Assembly: GCF_009914755.1 (NCBI RefSeq)
Contig: NC_060944.1
DNA: 64,000 bases
Source: the human T2T-CHM13v2.0 reference genome, Homo sapiens
Reading direction: 5' to 3' (one strand)
The notes under the pieces were generated by a model. That model was not told where the DNA came from and ran no database searches. It was given only the letters and a program-made list of their open reading frames with translations. Positions 44,231-62,256 of this stretch are shown in pieces (within the stretch, counting starts at the first letter, position 1; every line of letters starts with the position of its first letter). The translations under genes were made by a program, and so were the position numbers.

Positions 44231-44650
44231 TTTTGCTAGTAAAGTCTGGGGGAACCCAGGTGAGAAGAGCCTAGAAAGCAGGTCGAATCCAAGGCTAGAT
44301 AGACTTAGTGTTACTCAAGAAAGGGTAGCCTGAAAATAAAGGTTCAAATTATAGTCAAGAATAGTCAAGACATGGGCAAGACAAGAGTGCTGTCATCAAG
44401 TGTGAAGAACAAAGGGAAGTCAGTAACCCCAGATGACTAATGAAGGGGACAGGAGCAGCTTCAGCTGCAGTTCATGCAATGGGTCTAGGCAAGTGGCTTA
44501 GGGCTGAACTGTGCACAGTGTAAGGGGCTTAGAGGACCTACTTTATGTGGCCCAGGGGCCAGACTTAGAGTTCAAGGGAGAATTTGAGCCCATCTCTTAT
44601 TAGTTACAGGAATTTAACACCATCTCTTATTACCTACAAGAACTAGAGCA

Positions 44651-44945
44651 GGCCAGGCGTGGTGGCTCACGCCTGTAGTCCCAGCACTTTGGGAGGCCGA
44701 GGCAGGTAAATCACTTGAGGTCAGGAGTTCAAGACCAGCCTGGCCAACGTGGTGAAACCCCATCTGTACTAAAAATACAAAAATTAGCTGGGCATGGTAA
44801 AGTGTACCTGTAATCCCAGCTACTCGGGAGGCTGAGGCAGAGAATTGCTTGAACCTGGGAGGTGGAGCCTGCAGTGAGCTAAGATTGAGCCACCGCACTC
44901 TAGCCTGGGTGACACAGTGAGACTCTGTCTCAAAAAAAAAAAAAA
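44651..44945 (+). mobile_element. AluS
   Basis: TSD ARGAACTAGARCA. Confidence 0.95.
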
Positions 44946-46612
44946 AGGAACTAGAACAAATCAATCACTGTATCTCTCTGAGCCCACTGAGCCCATTGAC
45001 TTCACATGCAAAATGGGGTTATATATCAACACGTACCCCTACAACAAGATAGCATAGTATAAAACAATATTATGTGTGTGAAGGAGGTACATGTTTCTTC
45101 CAAGTTCTACTCAGTTCTTCTAAGAAGCTTCTACTCAGACATGAGTTCTGCCTGTTGTTTGTGTTTTTCTCAAGGAACGTTTAGTGTTGTATTGCTGTTA
45201 GATTGCTGCCTTACATATCCTCCATTGACTAGAAGCTTCTTGAAGGGAAGAAGCATGTCTTATTCACCGTAATTTTGTCGAGCTTCTGGTAGCATGCAGG
45301 TTGAGTCGGGAGATAAAAATGCCAGGCCTTCAGGGGTTTGATGTATGAATGAGGACCATGAGATTATAAATCAGCTACAAGGCTCCATGTGATCTCTCCA
45401 TAAGCATCCACTCCTTGGAAGCTGTCTGACTTTATTCGTCTGTATGGCACAAAAGAGACACTTGGTAAATATTGAATGAACTGATGAATGAATGAATGAA
45501 TTCGCCTTTGGTTAGGCATAGCAATAAAGAAAATGAAATTTAACTTTGTCTTCTAGACTTTGAATGCCTCTGCCAACAACTAAATATCTTCCAGGGAGGG
45601 CAGATGGCGGCCTGTACAATGAACAATTTAATCTTTAGAAACTGGAACAACTTTGCCAGCAAACTCCATTTTTCTCTACGAACACATTGTCAATAACATG
45701 TGCTCTCAAATATGTGGTGAAATTGATGACTGGGCCCTGATTTATAGAAACAACAACAAATTAAATGTTTACCTTTCTCTTTCCTAGCTTGGGGTCCTTC
45801 AGACCAGCCATGAATTTTTTTTTCCTGTGCTCTAATAATAGAGGAGGTTTAATTACAATGCTCCATCGTGTGATTGTGTGTGGAGTGGAAGCAAAGCAAA
45901 ATGTCCAGGGTATCTTAATTTAAAACCAGGAGGGGAAAAGCCACTTATGTGATAATGAAGATTAACGTAGGGAGCCGCTGGCTCTCCCTTCTCACATAAA
46001 AGCAGATATTGGGGGAATCCTTCATACAAACATTTCTGTGACCACTCATTTAGCCTCTTGTAGGAAATCTTCTTGATTTTGGACAAACTCGAAGCTTTAG
46101 ATTTGCTTGAAAATAGGCCAGGGTAGGAGAGGGATGCCCAGAGAAATGGAATTCTCCAAACAGTAATCAGGCTACATGTTTGGGACTATTCCTGGGAATG
46201 ACAGACTGGTTTGGAAGAAGTCACCATCCTAGGACCTCTTCTTCTAGAATGGTGGCTCTGAACTCCTACTTGGGTCAAGAGCCTTTTTGAAAATATCATG
46301 AGAGCTACAGATTCTCTCTCCAGGAAAATCAAGTCTACCTATAACTTCATATACACACATACACCAAAATGCTAAATTCTGCTTACAATGTCATCTCTTG
46401 TCTTTGCCATAAACTTAAACAACTTGAGTGACAATTGCTACTGAAAATTCCAGGCTTCACCAACCTTTCTGTGATGCTCATCCAAGATTAAGAACTGCTA
46501 GACTTAGAGGACCCTTGGTTTCTTTAGGCCACAAAACTGCTTAACTGTCTTAGGCTGTGGACTTCTTTGGCTGTCTGATGAAACCCGTGGAGCCCTTTAA
46601 AATGTCTTTAAA

Positions 46613-46918
<306 letters not shown>

Positions 46919-47034
46919 CTAATGTTAAATGTGTTAATGTGGCTGTCCCTTTCCCATCCTTCAGGTCTTCATTCAGATGTCACTCCCTCAGAGAGGGCTC
47001 CCTCTCCCCTTTCTCAAAGTAGCCCCATCAGAAC

Positions 47035-47527
47035 TGAAACCCTCCCAATTGTCCCATAGAATGGATGGTTATGGTTTCTTTTGAGTAAACATAGAAATTG
47101 ACTCTCCCAGTCAATTTGAGAAAGTTTCATTTGTCTTATCTGAGCTCCTTTCTCTGGAAACCTACCCTCAGGCCTTGCAGACAGTATCAAGGAACTGAAA
47201 CTTACCAGATCACCACATCTGAACAATGAGACAGAAGACCTCTCACCCATTATGACTGCCTGAGCGACCACCCACTTCATGTTGACCAAATTCTCTTTCT
47301 TACCACTCCCTAATTCCTGTTTTCCTTCATGTAGTTATATTTCTTCCCTGCTATATAAAACCCTTATTTCTTGTCAGTTGGAGAGATAGATGAGATTGAC
47401 CTCCCATCTCCTGAGCTGCAGCACCTGATTAAAGCCTTTTTCTCTGGCAATACTTGTTGTCTCAGTGGTTGGCGTTATGTGTGGCGAGCAGTAGGACCTA
47501 GACCAAACCCCTGGCCTTTCAGTAACG
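47035..47527 (+). mobile_element. ERV1 MER4-group solo LTR (same family as 40154-40920), inside an L2 relic
   Basis: tgaaaccctcccaattgtcccataga...ctatataaaa...attaaagcc...cagtaac. Confidence 0.85.
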
Positions 47528-48108
47528 ATGCCCACACCTGCACCACTCAGTCCCATCACCCTGCTTACGGTCTTCACAGCACTCACCTCATCTGACGTGG
47601 TCTTGATGGCTTGCTTGCTTATTGTCTTCTCCTCCCTCTGGAACGCAAACTTACCAGAGGCAGAGGTCCTATCTGTCTTGTTCCTTGGTGTGTCCTCTGT
47701 ATCAAAGCGGTACCCAGTAATGGGCCTGAAGCAAATGTTTTCCCAATATTTACTGAAGGAATCTATGTTCACTGGTAAGTCAAGAGCAAAAAATACACAA
47801 AGTTTTGCTACTTCACCTGGTCTAGTGGTCATCGGGCATTATTATTTCATAAATGTATACTAATAATTTTAGTAGCAGTTGAATATGTTTTTCTTTTTTT
47901 ATTATTATTATACTTTAAGTTTTAGGGTACATGTGCACATTGTGCAGGTTAGTTACATACGTATACATGTGCCATGCTGGTGTGCTGCACCCACTAACTC
48001 GTCATCTAGCATTAGGTATATCTCCCAATGCTATCCCTCCCCCGCCCCACCCCACAACAGTCCCCAGAGTGTGATGTTCCCCTTCCTGTGTCCATGTGAT
48101 CTCATTGT

Positions 48109-51929
<3,821 letters not shown>

Positions 51930-51992
51930 TATGATGTTAGCTGGTGATTTTGCTCGTTAGTTGATGCAGTTTCTTCCTAGTCTGGATGGTCT

Positions 51993-52999
51993 TTACATTT
52001 TGGCATGATTTTGCAGCGGCTGGTACCGGTTGTTCTTTTCCATGTTTAGCGCTTCCTTCAGGAGCTCTTTTAGGGCAGGCCTGGTGGTGACAAAATCTCT
52101 CAGCATTTGCTTGTCTGTAAAGTATTTTATTTCTCCTTCACTTATGAAGCTTAGTTTGGCTGGATATGAAATTCTGGGTTGAAAATTCTTTTCTTTAAGA
52201 ATGTTGAATATTGGCCCCCACTCTTTCTGGCTTGTAGGGTTTCTGCCGAGAGATCCACTGTTAGTCTGATGGGCTTCCCTTTGAGGGTAACCCGACCTTT
52301 CTCTCTGGCTGCCCTTAACATTTTTTCCTTCATTTCAACTCTGGTGAATCTGACAATTATGTGTCTTGGAGTTGCTCTTCTCAAGGAGTATCTTTGTGGC
52401 ATTCTCTGTATTTCCTGAAGCTGAACGTTGGCCTGCCTTGCTAGATTGGGGAAGTTCTCCTGGATAATATCCTGCAGAGTGTTTTCCAACTTGGTTCCAT
52501 TCTCCCCATCACTTTCAGGTACACCAATCAGACGTAGATTTGGTCTTTTCACATAGTCCCATATTTCTTGGAGGCTGTGCTCATTTCTTTTTATTCTTTT
52601 TTCTCTAAACTTCCCTTCTCGCTTCATTTCATCTTCCATCGCTGATACCCTTTCTTCCAGTTGATCGCATCGGCTCCTGAGGCTTCTGCATTCTTCACGT
52701 AGTTCTCCAGCCTTGGTTTTCAGCTCCATCAGCTCCTTTAAGCACTTCTCTGTATTGGTTATTCTAGTTATGCATTCTTCTAAAGTTTTTTCAAAGTTTT
52801 CAACTTCTTTGCCTTTGGTTTGAATGTCCTCCCGTAGCTCAGAGTAATTTGATCGTCTGAAGCCTTCTTCTCTCAGCTCATCAAAGTCATTCTCCGTCCA
52901 GCTTTGTTCCGTTGCTGGTGAGGAGCTGCGTTCCTTTGGAGGAGGAGAGGCGCTCTGCTTTTTAGAATTTCCAGTTTTTCTGTTCTGTTTTTTCCCCAT
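51993..52999 (-). pseudogene. L1 ORF1, frameshifted
   Basis: MGKKQNRKTG...; 1-bp deletion near 52225 (LQARREWG becomes LQARKSGG); 9-bp deletion of NEM. Confidence 0.95.
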
Positions 53000-53897
53000 C
53001 TTTGTGGTTTTATCTCCTTTTGGTCTTTGATGATGGTGATGTACAGATGGGTTTTTGGTGTGGATGTCCTTTCTGTTTGTTAGTTTTCCTTCTAACAGAC
53101 AGGACCCTCAGCCACAGGTCTGTTGGAATACCCTGCCGTGTGAGGTGTCAGTGTGCCCCTGCTGGGGGGTGCCTCCCAGTTAGGCTGCTCGGGGGTCAGG
53201 GACCCACTGGAGGAGGCAATCTGCCCGTTCTCAGATCTCCAGCTGCGTACTGGGAGAACCACTGCTCTCTTCAAAGCTGTCAGACAGGGACATTTAAGTC
53301 TTCAGAGGTTACTGCTGTCTTTTTGTTTGTCTGTGCCCTGCCCCCAGAGGTGGAGCCTACAGAGGCAGGCAGGCCTCCTTGAGCTGTGGTGGGCTCCACC
53401 CAGTTCGAGCTTCCCGGCTGCTTTGTTTACCTAAGCAAGCCTGGGCAATGGCGGGCGCCCCTCCCCCAGCCTCGCTGCCGCCTTGCAGTTTGATCTCAGA
53501 CTGCTGTGCTAGCAATCAGCGAGACTCCGTGGGCGTAGGACCCTCCGAGCCAGGTGCGGGATATAATCTCCTGGTGCGCCGTTTTTTAAGCCCGTCAGAA
53601 AAGCGCTGTATTCGGGTGGGAGTGACCCGATTTCCAGGTGCGTCCGTCACCCTTTTCTTTGATTAGGAAAGGGAACTCCCTGACCCCTTGCGCTTCCCGA
53701 GTGAGGCAATGCCTCGCCCTGCTTTGGCTGGCGCACGGTGTGCGCACCCACTGACCTGCGCCCACTGTCTGGCACTCCCTAGTGAGATGAACCCAGTACC
53801 TCAGATGGAAATGCAGAAATCACCCGTCTTCTGCGTCGCTCAGGCTGGGAGCTGTAGACCGGAGCTGTTCCTATTCGGCCATCTTGGCTCCTCCCCC
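53000..53897 (-). promoter_or_regulatory. L1 5'UTR with sense and antisense promoters
   Basis: 898-nt CpG-rich UTR; intact YY1 site CAAGATGGCCG at 53876-53886. Confidence 0.85.
53448..53666 (+). CDS. L1 ORF0 (antisense ORF), C-terminus frameshifted, 72 aa
   Basis: MAGAPPPASLPPCSLISDCCASNQRDSVGVGPSEP...; expression not shown. Confidence 0.6.
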   Translation: MAGAPPPASLPPCSLISDCCASNQRDSVGVGPSEPGAGYNLLVRRFLSPSEKRCIRVGVTRFPGASVTLFFD

Positions 53898-54267
53898 TCC
53901 TGTCACAGTTGAATATGTTTTTCAGATAAAATCTTCTACAGTACCCAATATATAAAACAGATGAATATAAATGAGAGTAAGAAGTTCCAAAAAGACTCTC
54001 TCAGACACACACTCCTGCATGCCCTTGTTGGAAATTTCTACATCCCATTCTCTTCTGAGAAGCTCTTTTAAAGTCCTTCTTCTGGTCTAAAATTAACATC
54101 TGAGATTGCTCTTCTTCATTAATTACTTCATGGTTACCAGGAAGCTAGTTCTGCTCAGTAAGAGATGTAAGTTATGGAGGTGACAATTTCCAACAAACTC
54201 TTTTTGAAACATCTAGGGGATTTTCTTTCCCAAACACATTGGTAAACCTATTCAAAACTGAATTCTA

Positions 54268-54605
<338 letters not shown>

Positions 54606-54609
54606 TTCA

Positions 54610-54779
54610 TTTTCTTATAAGGACACCAGTCAGATTGGATTAGGGCCCATCTTAACAGCCTCATGTTTACTTAATTACTTCTTTAAAGATTCTGTGTCCA
54701 GGCAGTCACATTCAGAGGTGCTGGGGCTTAGGGCTTCAATGTAAGAATTCGGTGGGGACACAATTCATACCCACAACAC
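54610..54779 (-). mobile_element. MLT1A/B LTR fragment
   Basis: cttataaggacaccagtca...ggattagggccca...ggggacacaattca. Confidence 0.8.
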
Positions 54780-55572
54780 TGGCCTCCACGCTGTTGGTCA
54801 ATAAAGCTTTTGTTGTTATTCCTTTACCTTCCCTACTGCCACCCTGCCCCAGCCCTGGCTTCAGAAGGAGCAGCTTGTAGCTATGGGAACCTTCTACGCA
54901 AGCTTCCCATTAACTTCATTTAGCTTCATTTATGGCTGTGCTTGGGAGGACTGAACATTTTCTAGTAAATGTTATAAGGAAAGCATTTAAAATACATATC
55001 ATAGCTGCTCAACAGCTGATTTGGGGGTGGAGGAAAGCCTTGAATTACTTTGAGAAAGAAAGCCTGGTTCCATGTTTCTGCAGTGCACAAATAGGATGGC
55101 AGAACACATGCTTGGAAGCTTCCACCAGGAGGTCACATGAGCCAGTGGTTAAGGGGCAGGGGTGATGGGAGCAAGTAAAAAGGGATCCAAATCCAGGTTC
55201 CACCTCTAATAACCATAGTGACCCCAACTACTTGTGGTCCCATGAGCCAGTTGACCCTTCTGCATAATGGTCATGCTGATCATCCCCATCTCCCTTTTGT
55301 TGTGGGGGCCTCTCTGTTCATGTAAAGTGCCTCACACAATGCCTGGTATAAGGTAAGTCCACAATAACTGATAACAGCTATTGTTGTTATCACTGAAATG
55401 CAAATAAATCAACAGAGCCCAGGGACTCAAAGGTCTTGTACAACTAGACCACTTTGGCTCTGGATTGTACATAAGATTTGCTGCCTTTATATGCAGTGGT
55501 GCACTGCACTTCTAAAATAAATATTTGTGTATGCTTGTGAAGGAACTTAGTCTATCTAGAAATGCAGTTTTA

Positions 55573-55700
55573 GGATTGGGTGCAGTGGCTGATGCCTGCA
55601 ATCTTAGCACTTTGGGTAGAGACAGGAGAATCACATGAGCCCATGAGCCTAGGAGTTTGAGACTAGCCTGGCAACATAGGGAGACCCCTGTCTTGAAAGA
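55573..55700 (+). mobile_element. FLAM / Alu left monomer
   Basis: single monomer followed by purine tail. Confidence 0.8.
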
Positions 55701-55712
55701 CAGAGAGAGAGA

Positions 55713-55795
55713 GGAAGGAAGGAAGGAAGGAAGGAAGGAAGGAAGGAAGGAAGGAAGGAAGGAAGAAGGGAGGGAGGGAAGGAAGGAAGGAAGGT
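55713..55795. repeat. (GGAA)n microsatellite
   Basis: 13 consecutive GGAA at 55713-55764 plus degenerate units. Confidence 0.95.
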
Positions 55796-55940
55796 TGGCT
55801 TAGGGGGTAGGGAGAGGAAAGAAAGAAGGAAGAGAGGAATGTCGTAGAATTATAGAAGTTATGTGTTCTACCATGTCTCTGAAAGAAGGATTAACTGATT
55901 AAATGGTAGAAATAAGTGAATAAATGAATCCTATCTGAGA

Positions 55941-56105
55941 GCAGTAGTTCTCAATCTTGGTAGTGCATTAGAATCCCCTGAGGAACTTTTAAAAACCCCG
56001 GGCCCAAGTCATACCCTGGACTAGTCAAGGCAAAACCTTGGGGAGTAGGGCCCAGGCATCCACAGGTGACTCCTACCTGGAGTGGGGCCAAGTGACAGAA
56101 TCTGC
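55941..56105. mobile_element. MER5A-like MITE
   Basis: cagtagttctcaatcttgg...cattagaatc...gggcccaggcatc...aggtgactc. Confidence 0.65.
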
Positions 56106-56794
56106 TTAGAGGCGGGAGCCTCAGCTGGACATCTCTGAGTCACTTATTAGGTGTGAACTTGGTCAAGTTGCTTAACATCTCTGAGCCTTGATTTCCTCCT
56201 CTATCTTGAGGATTAAATAAGATATAATTGGTAAAACACAGGCTCCCTATCGACAATGGACCGAAGTGCTGAATAGCAGGTGTTTCCCATTATTATCGCC
56301 ATCATTGCCATCCAGTGCGTAAGCCTGAGCCTCCATGTCACCACCCGCAAAATGGTAGGGGAGAAAGGATGCCTGAAGACCCTTTACTTTCATTCTGATG
56401 ATTCTATCAAGGTAGAGCAATGGGCCAAGTCAACAGAAAAGTTCACCTGTCTTCACCAAGTGACAGCCATGGACCAGGAGCCATGGTGGCAACTCTGGAG
56501 ACTGTTGCACAAACAGTCCCACCTCTGCTCTCCTAGAACCTGAATGCTAGTGGGGAGACATGTCAAACAGTGCTCGTCCAGACCAATATATTATTCATGA
56601 CAAGAGGGATCTAAGAGAGAGGAAATCTGAGGACCTCATCTGGATCCCAGGAGAAGAAAAGATCTTTCTGACAACGAGCTCTTTAAACCAGGGGATGAAT
56701 GTGGAGTAGGAACTGTCTAGGTGGAGTTGTGAGAAGGGCCCTTCAGGCAGGGGTAGAACAGGAGCAAAGGCTGTGAGGAGGGAAGGAGCTTGGA

Positions 56795-57094
56795 TTTTTT
56801 TTTTCTAAGAGACAAATTCTCTCTCATTGCGCAGGCTAGAGTGCAGTGGTACAACCATGGCTCCCTGCAGCCTCTACCTCCCAGCTCAAGTGATTCTCCT
56901 ACCTCAGCCTCCCAAGTAGCTGGAACTATAGGTGCACACCACCATGCCCAGCTAACTTTTTTACTTTTTACTTTTTGTAGAGACAGGGTCTTGCTATGTT
57001 ACCCAGGCTGGTGTCAAACTCCTGGGCTCAAGAGTCCTCCTGCCTCTGCTTCCCAAAGTGCTGGGATTACAGGTGTCAGCCACCACGCCCAGTC
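56795..57094 (-). mobile_element. AluJ
   Basis: antisense dimer. Confidence 0.9.
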
Positions 57095-57098
57095 AGTA

Positions 57099-57258
57099 TT
57101 TTTCTTTCTAAGAGACACAGTCTCACTCTGTGGCCCAGTCTGGAGGGCAACGGTGTGGTTACAGCTCACTGCAGCCTTAAACTCCTGGGCTCAAATGATC
57201 CTCCTGCCTCAGCCTTGCAAGTCACTGGGATTACAGGCATGAGCCACCACGCTCAGCT
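57099..57258 (-). mobile_element. FRAM-like Alu monomer
   Basis: single right-arm-type monomer. Confidence 0.8.
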
Positions 57259-57551
57259 TAGAGGTAGACATATTTGAGGTGCTTTTACTTAAAACATGGA
57301 TACTTGAACTTTTAAAAGCATCTTTTTTTCTTAGAGCATCCTGGGCAACTTGGGTTCCCCATAACATACTTCAGGAAAGGGCAGGGGAGCCCAGTGAGGC
57401 CAGGGTTGAGCTCCAGACAAATCTTGATTTCATTCCAGCTTCACTGGGAAATGGCTGTGTGAATGCAGGGGACAATTTAACCTCCCGAAACTTCATCCAT
57501 AAGGAGAAAGTAAGAACTCATATTTTGCCACTCATTTGTAAAAATTGGTAA

Positions 57552-57948
<397 letters not shown>

Positions 57949-58317
57949 TGAGTTCAAATCCCAGCTCTGCTACTTCCCAGGCATGTGCTGTTGGTCCTGG
58001 TACTTAGATCTCTGACCCTCAGTTTTCTGATCTCTCAAAAAGAAAAAGGAGTTTATAAGAGCTATCTTTAAGGGACTATTATAACAATTAAATAAAACAA
58101 TAGCAGTCAAGCTTCAGGCAAAAGATGGAAACTCAATAAATGAAAACTACCATTAAAATGAATACAAACTCTTCTTAGGAAGAGGGTTTGGCTGAATTAT
58201 TTAAGTGTGTGTTCCAATCTACCAACCCTCTTTTCCAGTGTAGACACAACCACAAACATCGCCACCATGAGCTTAGACATATAATCACAGTGGTTAAAAA
58301 AAAAAAAAAAAAAAAGA

Positions 58318-58630
58318 CTGTAATCCCAGCACTTTGGGGGGCCCAAGGCAGGTGAATCACAAGGGTCAGGAGTTCGAGACTAGCCTGGCCAAGATGGTGA
58401 AACCCCGTCTCTACTAAAAATACAAAAATTAGCTGGGTGTGATGGCACATGCCTGTAATCCCAGCCACTTGGGTGGCTGAGGCAGGAGAAATCACTTGAA
58501 CCGGGGAGGCAGAGGTTGCACTGAGCCGAGATCGTGCCGTTGCACTCTAGACTGGGCGACAGAGCAAGACTCTGCCTCGAAAAATAAAAATAAAAAAAAA
58601 AAAAGAAAGAGAAAAAGGAAAAAAAAAAAA
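58318..58630 (+). mobile_element. AluS, 5' truncated
   Basis: starts ctgtaatcccagc after an A run. Confidence 0.93.
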
Positions 58631-61371
58631 GTCTACCTTGTTTATTTCCATACTTGGAGGGCATACCGTTCTTATTAAATGCCAGCAACTCACATTTTAG
58701 GCAGCAGTAAAGTCCCCTAGCTGTGTCCATGCAGTGAATCTCGTTGGGCTGTAAGTTAGCTGCAATAAATAACATTGGCTCTGCACTCCACTTAGAGAAG
58801 ATGGGTTCACTGTGAATCATGTTGTTGGCGGTTTGGACTTTAAGCTGTCCAGGTTGTTTATGGTGGTGTTTGCCAGCATGTAGACCTCTTTCAAACAATT
58901 TAAGTGCTCTTTTGGAGTATACGAATGTGGCTCAATAAAAATGGGTACAGGAAAATTGCCTCCTTTCTCTCTTCTATGGCCATACCCCAAAAGCAACCAT
59001 ATATGACAATTGTCAAGTGTTAAGTATAATTGCTCAACATGAAATTATAATTAACACTGAAGCCACCAGGGACATTTTCTCTCTCCATTGTCAGGATGTT
59101 GTCCTGATCTGGATGTTGTCCTGATCTTTGTGACCCTTTTAATTTATCTTTTGAAAGGATGGCAACAGCTGGGTAGTTTTTCAATCCTTATCATTTTGCA
59201 TTATATAGCTTTACTGAGCAATGTGCCTTTGGAAGATTCTAGTTAGTTTCATTGACAGCAATAAATACTGGTTAGAGAACAGGCTTTGAAGTCAGGCAGA
59301 CCTAAGCCCAAAGGCTGGCTCTCCCACTTGCTAACTATCTGATCTTGATTACATTTCTTAGCCAATCCAAGGCTCTCTCTTCTCATCAACAAATACAGAC
59401 AATGAAATCTACTGTCAGGTAGTACTGAGGAAGGCAGAGCTTCTAACAAGCACTTAATAAAATGGTAGATATTATGACTGTTTTCTGCTTTCTTCTTCTT
59501 AATATCCACATCAAATGTTTTGAAATGCTATTTTCTCCTTTTTTATAAAAAGGGAAAAATTTTCTTAGCTTCCCTTCTGAATTGACAACTGATTTCTTTT
59601 CAACATTTGTTTAATGCAGCAACGAAAGAGCTTTTTGACTTCATTTTTTAAATTTCCAGAAGGAAAGAGTGGTCTATTTTCCAAGACCTAATGACTACTT
59701 ATTTGTAACACATAAGCAGAATTTTATGCATGTATTTTTAATTTATTCTACATCTCATTCCACAGCAGTTTTAAGATACTGTACTATATGCAATGCAGCA
59801 AAATTATAAAAGAAATAATAGAAATCATTAAAGATATCTACATTTCGTTAAGCACTTATTGAACGCCAGGCAACATTTGTGAAAAGTACTATATATTATT
59901 ATCCTGATTTTGCTGATGCGGAAACTGAGATTAAGAAAAGGTAAGTTATGTCCCCCAATATCACACAGCTAGTAAATGGCAGAGCCAAACTATTAACACA
60001 TATACCAAAGGAAAATGGAAAGAGAATATCAAAAGAAGTTTACAGGTATAGACTGCAGCCTTAGGAGGCTACATAATTACTAAAGTTGGGCCACCAATTT
60101 GACTCTGAGCTTCCTGGTAGTGAAAGCAAGAATGCAAACATGATCCATCCCAAGAACCACCTTTCCATGAGGATATGTGTACCAGGCTTTAAAAGCAAGC
60201 AACGTCTTCCCTAATACGTAGTGTCTGGAAGAGATTTATGACATAACTTTTGTGACATAGTCAAATGCAACAGAGACGACAGGAGGTTCCCGTGATAGAA
60301 CCAAATATTTGAAACTAAAAAAAAACATTCTTTCTGTAAAAGAAAAAAAAATAACACCACTCCTTCCTGCAAAAATGTTTTACTTAACACTGGGCTCCAT
60401 CTCTTTTTTATAATTATTCAATCCAAGCTTTGTCAAAGCATCATACTGAGAAGAGATTCATGTTAAAAAGCTAGTGGAGGGGGGTGGAGTAGATAGCAGA
60501 GAATGCCTCTCTGTCTTATCATTTTTATTTAGATTGACATACCTTTGATTATAATTAGGGATAACTGTTCAGCAGTTAAGACTCCATAATCCCATCATTA
60601 GTTGTCAGGAGATTTTCACAGGGCAAACTCTCATGCCATTTCTCTCATTTCTGTTTCTTAACTACTTGGGCAGCCTGCAGTTGAAGAGTGTGCTTTATGG
60701 AAAAGATTTTCTGCTGCCATTGAAATCTTCTAAGCTGACACACAGTTAAGGACACAAATGAAACCTCCACTCTTGGGAGGCCCCACATCTTCTTGCCTGA
60801 CATTTTTGTTGTTGTTGTTCTCCAAGATATCGCCCTGTTTCTGCTGGTTGCGTTCAACAGCCATTTTGCACACACTGGTGAAGAGATCTTAAACCATTTC
60901 AGAGGTGGCCCATAAAGGAGGCAAAAGGGGACTTGCCGTAAAAATTATTTCCATAGACATGCAAAGTTGATTATATAAGGTAGAGGTCAGTTAAGATTCT
61001 CTGGCATCCATTACGAGACAAAAAAAAAAAAAAAAAAAAAACTAAAAAAACTCTCCTCCAACTTGAAAGCTGAAGGCAGTGGGTCGTCTGGTTTGTGTCA
61101 TGAAACATACATCATGCATTTGAGACACATATTACAAATTGTACTTTAAAAGAGGAAGTTCAGAAGTTGGGATTTTCCAGTGTGTCAATTATGACCCGAA
61201 TGCTATCTATATTTAAATGTTCCAAGCCGACTATCATGATCATGTCCCCTTATTCTTCAAGGGTCTGATGAAGTACCCCTTTGACAAGGAATGAATGGTC
61301 TCATCAGTACAGATCCAACTCAACATCAGGAACAATTAGCTTGGCAGTTAAACCTAAAGGCTCTGAAATCG

Positions 61372-61377
<6 letters not shown>

Positions 61378-61420
<43 letters not shown>
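61378..61420. repeat. (TA)21 microsatellite
   Basis: direct. Confidence 0.97.
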
Positions 61421-61425
<5 letters not shown>

Positions 61426-61596
61426 TATTCTAATTGAATGTTAGAATATTCGGTTTCACTTATAATTATTCAGATAGGTCACTTCAAGTCTCTAAACCTA
61501 GAGAGGTTTTTTTCTCTGTAATATTGGATACCTTGTTGGATTGTTTTAATAATTAACAGAAATAATGCATATGTGGTGGATCAAAAATGACAATCA

Positions 61597-62256
<660 letters not shown>

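Noticed and set aside
47374-47863. 152-aa and 111-aa ORFs
   Set aside because: Span LTR and L2 relics; no recognisable domain
53379-53912. CpG island of a host gene promoter
   Set aside because: Entirely the L1 5'UTR
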